A stretch of DNA of 31,647 nt from Patescibacteria group bacterium (GTDB taxonomy: Bacteria > Patescibacteriota > Minisyncoccia > Moranbacterales > JAKLHP01), in assembly GCA_022710085.1 (NCBI GenBank), contig JAKLHP010000001.1:1-31647 (forward strand), written 5' to 3'. This document shows positions 7,325 through 16,200 of this stretch, in pieces. The notes below the pieces were generated by a model. That model made no database searches. It saw only the letters and a list, made by a program, of their open reading frames with translations, and was not told the DNA's origin. Numbering within the stretch: position 1 is the stretch's first letter; each line of letters begins with the position of its first letter. The translations under genes and the position numbers were made by a program.

Positions 7325-8923
7325 TTATTCAAGAACAAATTCCTCCCCAGCCTTGGGAATTATTATCTTCTTTTCCCAGGTATAAGGAAGCTTACTGAGA
7401 AGTTTTTCCCTGAGTCCCTTACCATTGGTTTCTCCTCCGTGATTTATAAATATGGTATTCAGATTGGGACTTTTTCGCAGTACTTCGCTAGTATAATGCC
7501 CGAGATATTTCTGATCAGCGTGAGCAGAAAAACTCCCGAATTTTTCCACTCTTGCTCTGTTTATTATAACCTTTCCGTCCATTACTATTTCTGATTCACG
7601 ATCAACAATCTTTCTTCCAGGGGTATTTGGAACTACATACCCTATGATACAAACAATATTCTTACTGTCCGGAAGGCCAACTTTCAGGTGATTTCTGATC
7701 CTCCCGGCATCAGCCATCCCTGACCCGGCAATGATAATTGCCGGCCCCTTTTGTCTGGCCAGCCACTTAGATTGCAAGTGGGAGTCCACGGTTTTGAAAT
7801 AATTGTTCTTTTCAAGATCGAAAGGATTAAAGCTTAAACGATCCTGATCCTTGAACATCGGGGAATCCCAATTGTCAGAATATACTTCTGTTACCTTTAG
7901 CGCCAAAGGCGAATCAAGATATATCGGAACCTTCGGTATTTCTTCCTTCTCCATATAATACGAGAGGAGATAGAGAACTTCCTGAGCCCGCTCCATTGCA
8001 AAAGAAGGAATGAGAAGCTTGCTCTTTTTTTTGTTGCATTCGCGGACAAGATCCAAAAATCTTTCTATCTCATCACTCCGAGAAGGATGGTTAATTGCTC
8101 CATAAGTAGATTCCGTCACCCAGTAATCAAGCGGCTCCTTGATTAGACGCGGTGCAGGAAGAATGACTCCATCCCTTCTTCCCAGATCACCACTGAAGGC
8201 GATATATGTCGGCCGATCTTTCTCTTTGTCAATCCTAATAACACAGATTGCTCCGCCCAAAATATGTCCGGAAGGATAAAACTTCGCGTACATATTTTTT
8301 GCTATTTTGAAAAAATTCGTTTCATAGTCATGGCACTTAAAAAGTTCCATGCTTTTTTTCACCTCTAAAGTTCTAAAAAGGCTCACTTCCCAGCCATCCG
8401 GCTTTTTGTTATGCTTTATATTTTCCATATCAGCAAGGTACTCATCGACTTTCTCCGGACTCATTTCCATCAATCTCTTTTGAAGAGACTTATTCCATTT
8501 TCTTCCACTGAGAGGCTTTTTCTCCTTTTTAGATCTTCTTTTTGCTTTTTCAACTTCGATTTTGTTTATCTTCGCGGCATCAAGAAGCATCATTTCGGAA
8601 AGCTCGCGTGTTTGGAAGGTAGAAAAAATCCTTCCTTTTCCGTTTCTTTGTCCAAACCCCTCTTTATAAAGTATCGGAATTCTTCCGCAATGATCAATAT
8701 GGGCATGCGTCAGCACCACGGAATCAATTTCGGAAGGTTTAAATAAAAAATCCTTATTTCTTTTGACAAACGATTCTTTCTTCCCCTGCCAAAGGCCACA
8801 GTCGACCAGGACCGAGGATTTTTCTTTGCCATCTTTAACTTGAATCATCGTGCATGATTTGGTTAAATTATCATCCAGCCCGTCTCCGACAGTGCCTCCC
8901 CAAAAACTCACCGATACTCTCAT
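7325..8923 (-). CDS. MBL-fold beta-CASP ribonuclease (Ysh1/CPSF73-like family)
   Basis: DCGLWQG, LTHAHIDHCGRIP, GHILG, FSGDLG, ESTYG, PSFAMERAQE, SAHAD, INHG; AGGAGG SD. Confidence 0.9.
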   Translation of the reverse strand: MRVSVSFWGGTVGDGLDDNLTKSCTMIQVKDGKEKSSVLVDCGLWQGKKESFVKRNKDFLFKPSEIDSVVLTHAHIDHCGRIPILYKEGFGQRNGKGRIFSTFQTRELSEMMLLDAAKINKIEVEKAKRRSKKEKKPLSGRKWNKSLQKRLMEMSPEKVDEYLADMENIKHNKKPDGWEVSLFRTLEVKKSMELFKCHDYETNFFKIAKNMYAKFYPSGHILGGAICVIRIDKEKDRPTYIAFSGDLGRRDGVILPAPRLIKEPLDYWVTESTYGAINHPSRSDEIERFLDLVRECNKKKSKLLIPSFAMERAQEVLYLLSYYMEKEEIPKVPIYLDSPLALKVTEVYSDNWDSPMFKDQDRLSFNPFDLEKNNYFKTVDSHLQSKWLARQKGPAIIIAGSGMADAGRIRNHLKVGLPDSKNIVCIIGYVVPNTPGRKIVDRESEIVMDGKVIINRARVEKFGSFSAHADQKYLGHYTSEVLRKSPNLNTIFINHGGETNGKGLREKLLSKLPYTWEKKIIIPKAGEEFVLE

Positions 8924-9041
8924 AAAACCTCCTTTACAAGAAATTTTTATGGTAATTTAGAACTTTTATTTAATTTTAAAGGAGCAAGTTAAATTAACCT
9001 CCCCCTTGATTTAACATTAAACTTTTGCCTTTATTATATAC

Positions 9042-9851
9042 CTATTTCAAAAAATAAAAAGCTGCTATAATTACGGCTAATATCAATCGGTACCAGAAGA
9101 AAACCTGATAGCTTGATTTTTCGACAAACTTCAAAAGATACTTTATTGCCAGATATCCACTCACCGCAGAAAAAATAACTCCAAAAAACATACTGGGACT
9201 TATCCCTTCGGAAAACAATCCTGGAAGTTTGAAAATTGAAGCTCCGAAAATTATTGGAGCAGAAAGAAGAAAGGAGAATCTGGCCGCATCCTTTCGATTT
9301 AAACCCATTGCAAGTCCAGAAATAATCGTTGCGCCTGACCTTGAAACTCCGGGAATTATTGCCACTGCTTGAGAAATCCCGATTATAACAGCGTCTTTAA
9401 AATTGATATCGGATATTTCTTTTTTATGCTTTGCATATTTATCGACTAGAAATAAAATTAATCCGACAGAAGCCAATGCCAGCGATATAAGCAAGGGGTT
9501 TCTGAAAACTGTTTCAGCTTTTTCTTCTAGAAAAAATCCTGCCGCCGCACCCGGAATAGTTGAAATAATAATCAGCCAGAAAATGCTTTTGTTGTTTAGA
9601 TAACTATTGGTTTTATATTTCGTTATTTTCAAACTGGAAGCTCCGAGCTTTAAAATTTCCACCCAGTCTTTCCAAAAATAAGCGAGGATGGAAATCAGTG
9701 TTCCTAAATGAAGTGCCACATCAAAACTTAATCCCGGATCTTTCCAGGAAAAAATATATGGGATCAGAATAAGATGGGCAGTTGAAGAAATGGGAAGGAA
9801 TTCCCCTGCTCCTTGAATAATTCCCAAAATTATTGACTGGATAATATCCAT
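9042..9851 (-). CDS. uppP: Undecaprenyl-diphosphate phosphatase
   Basis: GIIQGAGEFLPISSTAH, LHLGT, PGVSRSGAT, AARFSFLLSAP. Confidence 0.95.
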   Translation of the reverse strand: MDIIQSIILGIIQGAGEFLPISSTAHLILIPYIFSWKDPGLSFDVALHLGTLISILAYFWKDWVEILKLGASSLKITKYKTNSYLNNKSIFWLIIISTIPGAAAGFFLEEKAETVFRNPLLISLALASVGLILFLVDKYAKHKKEISDINFKDAVIIGISQAVAIIPGVSRSGATIISGLAMGLNRKDAARFSFLLSAPIIFGASIFKLPGLFSEGISPSMFFGVIFSAVSGYLAIKYLLKFVEKSSYQVFFWYRLILAVIIAAFYFLK

Positions 9852-9854
9852 GGA

Positions 9855-10553
9855 TTAAAAATATTTTTTTATTATTTCAAACTCTTTCTTTTTTTCCGGA
9901 TGGAATACCAGCTCCGTTTTCCCCTCCGGTAGTTTGCTTAAGAACCTGTTAGTATTTTTTATCCAATCAGCACTGGCTAAATAATCAGAAGATTCAAGCT
10001 TGGAAGAATTTAAAAAATCAAAATTTCTTTTCCGAAAAAAAGACAGGACCAAAAAAACGATCGTTGAATTTCCTAAAAAACCTTTCTTTCCGAAACGGAT
10101 ATATTGAATATTTTTATTTTTGGCTATTTTTACAGCAACCTTGAAATAAGGAGGGAAAAAATGAATATGCTGGTGAGAGTTTATTCCCTGAGGAGATTTT
10201 CCGAAAATATTCTGGAATTTTTCAATTTGCCGAAGCCAATCATTTTTGATTGATTTTACTTCTGCTCTTCTTGTAAAATAGTGGAAAACAAAATGAATTA
10301 TCCGCTTTATGGGATTTTCCCCGAAAATTCCGTCTCTTTCGATCTTGTTGACTAAATCAAAATGAATATCTATTTCTAATTTCGAATTTAAAATATCTTT
10401 AATTTCCTCTTCCTTGAAAATTCCATCTACCATAATTGAGACTCTGTCTAGCTTTCCTAATTTTGCAAGCTCGATTATACGTTCATTGGCTTTTTCGCTT
10501 AATCCAAAATCGTCAGCAGCCAAAATTATTTTTCTTCTCAAATTTTCTTTCAT
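9855..10553 (-). CDS. ChbG/HpnK (YdjC) family carbohydrate deacetylase
   Basis: ADDFG, HFDL, INSHQHIH, TELVFHP motifs. Confidence 0.85.
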   Translation of the reverse strand: MKENLRRKIILAADDFGLSEKANERIIELAKLGKLDRVSIMVDGIFKEEEIKDILNSKLEIDIHFDLVNKIERDGIFGENPIKRIIHFVFHYFTRRAEVKSIKNDWLRQIEKFQNIFGKSPQGINSHQHIHFFPPYFKVAVKIAKNKNIQYIRFGKKGFLGNSTIVFLVLSFFRKRNFDFLNSSKLESSDYLASADWIKNTNRFLSKLPEGKTELVFHPEKKKEFEIIKKYF

Positions 10554-10608
10554 CTTTTTTATTTAAAAATAAAGCTCGAGATTAAGCTTTATTTTAACAT
10601 TTCTATTG

Positions 10609-11304
10609 TTATATCCAATTCTTTTTCTTTAATCCGTTTTTAGCCGCTTCTCTCTGAGCTTCTTGCTTGGAATTGCCTTCTCCTTTAGCTATCAGATTAT
10701 CACCCAAATAAACCCCAACTGCAAAATGCTTATCGTGGTCTGGACCAGATTCCTCCAAAACCCTGTAGCTGGGAGTTATTTTGACCACATCCTGAGCTCT
10801 TTCCTGAAAAAAACTTTTGGGATCCATATAGAGCTTATTTTTTAGAACATCGTCCAGGTTAAAAATAACGTTTTTAAAAATAAATTTTTCCGATGTTTCA
10901 TATCCTTTATCAAGATAGATTGCTCCGATAATAGCTTCCATGGCATTGGCCAAAAGATATTGTCTAGCCCTTCCTGTATCCTTGGCCTCTCCCTTGCTCA
11001 TTAAAAGATACTCTTCTACTCCTAATGTCTTGGCAATTTGCGCCAAGTTTTCCCCATTTACCAAGGCTGCCCTCCAACTCGTAAGCTCTCCTTCGGGATT
11101 TGTATAGTTTTTATACAAATATTCAGTAACTACCAATTCCAAAACTGCGTCACCAAGAAATTCTAATCTTTCATTGTGATCCAATTTATACTCCCTGTGT
11201 TCATTGAGATATGAGCGGTGAGTAAGTGCCTGTTGAAGTAATTTGATGTCTTTGAACTGTATGCCAATTTTTTTGGCAAAAGAATCAATCATATGAATCT
11301 CCAA
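10609..11304 (-). CDS. rnc: Ribonuclease III (start TTG 11304 or ATG 11292)
   Basis: ALTHRSY, NERLEFLGDAVLEL, EAIIGAIYLD, and a dsRBD (GPDHDKHF...GEGNSKQEAQREAA). Confidence 0.97.
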   Translation of the reverse strand: MEIHMIDSFAKKIGIQFKDIKLLQQALTHRSYLNEHREYKLDHNERLEFLGDAVLELVVTEYLYKNYTNPEGELTSWRAALVNGENLAQIAKTLGVEEYLLMSKGEAKDTGRARQYLLANAMEAIIGAIYLDKGYETSEKFIFKNVIFNLDDVLKNKLYMDPKSFFQERAQDVVKITPSYRVLEESGPDHDKHFAVGVYLGDNLIAKGEGNSKQEAQREAAKNGLKKKNWI

Positions 11305-11358
11305 TTTACAATTTTCAATTTACAATTAATCTTCTAATAAATTGAAAATTGTAAACTT
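11302..11358. repeat. Inverted tandem heptamer arrays
   Basis: CAATTTA CAATTTT CAATTTA CAATTAA ... TAAATTG AAAATTG; perfect 18-bp inverted repeat 11305-11322 / 11338-11355. Confidence 0.85.
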
Positions 11359-11383
11359 CCGCTTAAATATTATTAATGCCTGT

Positions 11384-11854
11384 TTATTTTTCCTCTTTTT
11401 TCTTTTTCTTGTCACTGTTATCATCCTTCATTGGTTCCCCCATTTCCCGATAAATTGTTCCGAGGACTCCGTTAACGAATCTGGCCGAACTTTCTCCTCC
11501 GAAAGTCTTGGCAAGTTCGATAGCTTCATTAATTGCTACTTTAGGAGGAACTTCTTCATACTTTCCATAGATAAGTTCATAAATTCCAAGTCTTAATATA
11601 TTTCTATCTACAGCTGTAATTTGATTAATTGGCCACTCAGGGGCGCATTTTTCAATCAACTCGTCTATATTTTTCCTATTCTTCAATGTCCCTTCCACTA
11701 AAGATTCAATGAAGTCAGTTTCTTCTATTCCTGGCGCAAACTCCCTCGTGTTCCTGTTGGTGATTTCTTCTGTCTTTTCGTCCCGGCAACCTTGAAAATC
11801 CCACTCAAAAAGCGACTGCATTGCTACTGAACGTTGTAAATGTCTGTTCGCCAT
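11384..11854 (-). CDS. nusB: Transcription antitermination factor NusB (likely start MANRH at 11854; ORF track extends to 11875)
   Basis: [59 protein letters not shown]. Confidence 0.95.
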   Translation of the reverse strand: MANRHLQRSVAMQSLFEWDFQGCRDEKTEEITNRNTREFAPGIEETDFIESLVEGTLKNRKNIDELIEKCAPEWPINQITAVDRNILRLGIYELIYGKYEEVPPKVAINEAIELAKTFGGESSARFVNGVLGTIYREMGEPMKDDNSDKKKKKEEK

Positions 11855-11905
11855 GGAATATAAGACATAAAACATAAAAATAAAATGTTATATGTTCTAT
11901 GTTAT
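11855..11905. repeat. Inverted tandem heptamer arrays
   Basis: AAGACAT AAAACAT ... ATGTTAT ATGTTCT ATGTTAT between nusB start and rpmF stop. Confidence 0.7.
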
Positions 11906-11915
11906 GCGTAAAAAA

Positions 11916-12119
11916 TTATTTCTTTTTCTTTTTTTCAGTTTTTTTCAAGGTGTTGATAATTTCTTTCCCTTTATAATATCCGCAATTTTTGCAAATCTGA
12001 TGAGGAAGTTTTGAGCTTCCGCATTTGGGACATACCTGGGTTTTTTTATGAGTAATTGCAAATCTTTTTCTTTTTTTATCCCTTCTTCCTTTTGTACTTC
12101 TTTGTCTCTGAACTGACAT
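11916..12119 (-). CDS. rpmF: 50S ribosomal protein L32 (Zn-ribbon form)
   Basis: CPKCG...PHQICKNCGYYKG. Confidence 0.95.
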   Translation of the reverse strand: MSVQRQRSTKGRRDKKRKRFAITHKKTQVCPKCGSSKLPHQICKNCGYYKGKEIINTLKKTEKKKKK

Positions 12120-12126
12120 AACGAGT

Positions 12127-12184
12127 GACTAACGGACTAACGCATTAACGCATTGAAAATTTGTTAACTCTTTAATTCGTTAAT
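12127..12184. repeat. Inverted tandem octamer arrays
   Basis: GACTAACG GACTAACG CATTAACG ... TTGTTAAC TCTTTAAT TCGTTAAT next to the rpmF start. Confidence 0.7.
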
Positions 12185-12222
12185 TATACAATTTTATTAA
12201 TTCACACAAACTTAACTTATCA

Positions 12223-12900
12223 CTATTTCCCTGTTTTGACAAGGATTTTGACCGGCTCGAAGCTTTTTCGGTGAATTTCGCAAGGTCCGTATTTCTTTAG
12301 CATTTCCATATGAAAATAGGTACCGTACCCCTTATGTTTATCGAATCCGAACTTAGAATAAGTATTATGTGCCTCTTTCATAATCCTATCCCTTGTTACT
12401 TTAGCAATAATTGAAGCGGCGGATATTGATTTTACTATTTTATCTCCGCTCACGATTGCTCTTTGCTCCATTGAGAAGTTTGGAATTTTTTTATTTCCAT
12501 CCAGCAATACCATCATTTTTTGTTTTGAATTACATTTTCTAAGCCTCTCGTTTCGAAATAAATCTGCGACTGCTTTTTTCATTGCCAAAAAACTAGCTTC
12601 TAGGATATTTATCTTATCGATTGTTTTGTGATCACAAATTCCAACCCCCACAAAAAATTTTTCCTGGATAAAATCAAATAATTTTTCTCTTTGCTTTTCG
12701 GAAAGTGTCTTTGAATCCCTGATTAAATCAAGTTCCCTAATTTCATATTTCACAGCTCTTAATTCGGAATTCTTTAAAATAACAGCACCGGCCACAACTG
12801 GTCCGGCCAATGGTCCCCGACCAGCTTCATCGATACCGATGACTAGTTCATAACCATTTTCGATTAAATCATTTTCCAATTTGAATGTTGACTTTTCCAT
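12223..12900 (-). CDS. rnhB: Ribonuclease HII (likely start MEKST at 12900; ORF track extends to 12978)
   Basis: GIDEAGRGPLAGPVVAGAVIL, DSKTLSEKQRE, GDKIVKSISAASIIAKVTRD, HKGYGT, HRKSF. Confidence 0.95.
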   Translation of the reverse strand: MEKSTFKLENDLIENGYELVIGIDEAGRGPLAGPVVAGAVILKNSELRAVKYEIRELDLIRDSKTLSEKQREKLFDFIQEKFFVGVGICDHKTIDKINILEASFLAMKKAVADLFRNERLRKCNSKQKMMVLLDGNKKIPNFSMEQRAIVSGDKIVKSISAASIIAKVTRDRIMKEAHNTYSKFGFDKHKGYGTYFHMEMLKKYGPCEIHRKSFEPVKILVKTGK

Positions 12901-12916
12901 ATATTTAATATATAAT
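12888..12916 (+). promoter_or_regulatory. sigma70-type promoter of the small peptide gene, overlapping the rnhB start
   Basis: TTGACT (12888-12893), 17 nt, TATAAT (12911-12916). Confidence 0.8.
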
Positions 12917-12956
12917 ACCTTCTTGTTTAAACAAAAACAAGGAGGAGGAAAGCAAG

Positions 12957-13055
12957 ATGAAAGAATTTTTAAAAACACTTGCTCCGGAATTCGTCATATC
13001 ATTGGCGATTCTAGGAGGAGTGGCAATTTTCATTCTGACAAGAAAAAAAGCCTAA
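12957..13055 (+). CDS. 32-aa single-pass membrane peptide (unannotated)
   Basis: MKEFLKTLAPEFVISLAILGGVAIFILTRKKA*; preceded by AAGGAGGAGG; own consensus promoter and downstream terminator. Confidence 0.75.
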   Translation: MKEFLKTLAPEFVISLAILGGVAIFILTRKKA

Positions 13056-13066
13056 AAAAGGCACGG

Positions 13067-13092
13067 AAAAAGGGTCGAATGGCCCTTTTTTT
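13067..13092 (+). terminator. Terminator after the peptide gene
   Basis: AAAAAGGGTC-GAAT-GGCCCTTTTT then a long T run. Confidence 0.8.
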
Positions 13093-13119
13093 ATTTTTTT
13101 TAAAACGTGTTACAATAAT

Positions 13120-13258
13120 AGCATAAGCAACGAGATAAAAAACTATCTTGCAAAGCTCATGGAGTAATCCGGGGGATGAAGGTAGAAAAAATATGCTAAG
13201 TTTATTTAACTTAAATTTTAATTTTGGAACTGCTAACGAATAGTAGTTTTTATTTTTC
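13120..13258 (+). ncRNA. Candidate structured small RNA or attenuator upstream of dnaE
   Basis: Extended -10 TGtTACAAT at 13108-13116; closing stem AGCATA/TATGCT; inner stems GCAA..AGATA/TATCTTGC and GGA-GTAA-TCC; terminator AACTGCTA-ACGAA-TAGTAGTT plus T run at 13228-13258. Confidence 0.4.
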
Positions 13259-13288
13259 CTTGAATTTTAAAAGCTAGATTTAATAATT

Positions 13289-16200
13289 ATGAAATTCACC
13301 CACTTACATGTTCATAGTCATTATAGTTTGCTGGATGGTCTTGCAAAAATAGACGAGCTTCTTGATCGTACTAAAGAATTAGGAATGGATTCCTTGGCTC
13401 TTACTGATCATGGGGTTCTTTACGGAGCGATAGAATTTTTTATTAAAGCTAAGGAGCGAGGCATAAAGCCGATAATCGGATGTGAAATGTATGTGGCACC
13501 TGGCGGATTGCAAAGCAAGAATAATACTGCAATTGATAAAACTAGGAATCATTTAATCTTACTTGTTAGGAATGAAGTTGGATATAAAAATCTGATGAAA
13601 CTTATTTCTATCGCTCATCTTGAAGGTTTTTATTATAAGCCGCGAATCGATCGAGAAACACTCAAAAAATATTCCGAAGGATTGATTGCTTCAAGCGCTT
13701 GCACCGAAGGAGAAATCCCTTCAAGCATCATTAATGGAAACTACGATGAGGCCAGAAAGTTGGCCCAGGAATATGAAAACATTTTCGGAAAAGGAAATTT
13801 TTTCTTGGAGCTTCAAGATCATCCGCAATACAAGAAGCAGCAGCTTGCCAATGAAGGATTGATAAAAATATCAGAAGAAACCGGAATTCCCTTGGTCGCC
13901 ACTTGTGATATCCATTACGTAAAAAAAGAAGATAACACTGCTCAAGATATTTTGCTCTGCATCCAGACCAATCGAAAAGTTTTTGAAAAAGACCGGATGA
14001 ACCTCATGGATTTTGATTTGTCGCTCCGAACTCCGGAAGAAATGAAAAAATCATTCGGGCATATTCCCGGAGCCATTGAAAACACGCAGGTTATCGCAGA
14101 AAGATGCAATTTTGAAATAAAATTGGGAGAAACTCAGCTTCCCCACTATGATGTTCCAGAAGGATTTGTTCCTGAAACATACCTGCGAAAATTAGTCGCA
14201 GAAGGGATGCAAAAAAGATTTGGGAACGATGTAACATTGGTACAGACAGAACGGATGAAATATGAACTTTCCGTGATTGAAAAAACCGGATTTGCTTCCT
14301 ATTTTCTTATTGTCCAGGATTTTGTGAACTGGGCAAAAAGCCAGGGAATCGTTGTCGGACCAGGAAGAGGAAGTGCTGCCGGAAGTTTCATTTCCTATTT
14401 AATCGGAATTACCAATATTGATCCGATAAGATATAACTTGATTTTTGAAAGATTTTTGAATCCAGAAAGAATTTCGATGCCTGATATTGATATGGATTTT
14501 GCCGACGATCGCCGGGACGATGTTCTGGATTATGTCCGAAAAAGATTTGGGCACGATCACGTGGCACAGATTATTACTTTTGGAACTATGGCTGCCCGCG
14601 CCGCCATCCGGGACACAGGAAGAGCTTTGGGATATCCCTATGAACTTTGCGACAAAATTTCTAAAATGATTCCGATGTTTTCTTCCATTGAAGACGCCGT
14701 CGACCAGGTCGTGGAAATTCGAGAGGTTTATCAGAAAGATCCGGCCGTAAAAAAATTGATCGACAGCGCTAAAAAATTAGAAGGGGTAGCGCGTCATGCT
14801 TCAATGCATGCCTGCGGAGTGGTAATTACCAAAAACCCGGTAACAGATTATTCTCCGCTTCAAAGAATAATAGGCAAAGAAGAAGGAACGGTTACCCAAT
14901 ATTCCTCTTCAACCAAGTCAAGCTACGTAGAAAAAATCGGCCTTCTTAAGATGGACTTTTTGGGACTGAAAAACCTTACAATTATGCAAAACACCCTGAA
15001 AATAGTCCACAAAACCAGAGGATTGGATATTGATATCAATGATATTCCTCTGGAGGACGAAGAAACCTTCAGGCTTCTTCAGGAAGCTAGAACTACTGGC
15101 GTATTTCAATTGGAAAGCACTGGGATGAAAAGATATTTAAAACAGCTGAAGCCGACAGTTTTTGAAGATATTATCGCGATGGTAGCTCTTTATCGTCCAG
15201 GACCAATGGATTGGATTCCTAATTTTATTGCCGGAAAGCACGGAACCAGAAAAGTGAATTATCTACATCCGAAGCTAGAACCGACTCTTAGCAATACATA
15301 TGGGGTAGCAGTTTATCAGGAACAGATCATGCAAATCGCTAGAGACTTGGCAGGATTTACCATGGGAGAAGCTGATGTTCTCAGAAAAGCGATGGGGAAA
15401 AAAATTCCCCAGCTGATTAAGGAGCAGAAAATAAAATTTGTTGACGGGTGTGTGAAAAACGGCATCAACCAGAAGGTTGCGGAAAAAGTCTTTGCTTATA
15501 TCGAACCTTTCGCCGGATACGGATTTAACCGGTCACATGCTGCCTGCTATGCGCTTATTGGCTATCAAACCGCTTATCTCAAAGCGCATTATCCGGCAGA
15601 ATTTATGGCTGCACTTCTGACTTCCGACCAAAATGATATTGATCGTGTTGCGATTGAAGTTTTTGAATGCAAGGAGATTGGAATTGAAGTTCTTCCCCCA
15701 AACATCAATGAAAGTTTTGAAGAGTTTGCAGTGGTAAAAGATGAGAGCGGGAAAGAGCTAATCCGCTTCGGACTAAATGCCATCAAAAATGTCGGGGCAA
15801 CTGTCGCTAAGGAAATTGTCGCGGAAAGAAAAAAAAGCGGGAAATACAAAAGCATCGCTGATCTCCTAGAAAGAGTAGCTATTAAAGATTTAAATAAGAA
15901 ATCATTGGAAGCCCTCATCAAGGTTGGTGCCATGAAAGAGCTTGGGGAAAGAAATCAACTTTTAGCCAGCCTGGAAAATATTTTGAACTATTCAAAGAGC
16001 ATTCAAAAAAATAAAAATTCCAACCAGGTAAGTTTATTTGGAATTGAAACTCTTGCTCCAGGAACAGTACAACTGGTTGAATCGGATCCGGCGACGAAAA
16101 AAGAAAGGCTTACCTGGGAAAAAGAGCTTCTGGGATTATATGTCAGTGGCCATCCAGCCGGAGAATATCAGAATTATTTCGACAAAATGGCTGTTCCAAT

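Noticed and set aside
11302-12184. CRISPR array
   Set aside because: Units are 7-8 nt with no spacers, and there are no cas genes.
12881-13126. 81-aa plus-strand ORF from the ORF track
   Set aside because: It spans a promoter and a terminator. The 32-aa ORF in another frame has the SD and fits the promoter/terminator boundaries.
13120-13200. Call as a c-di-GMP-I (GEMM) riboswitch
   Set aside because: Only partial word similarity (GCAAAGC); the GNRA tetraloop and receptor are missing. Kept as an unassigned structured RNA.
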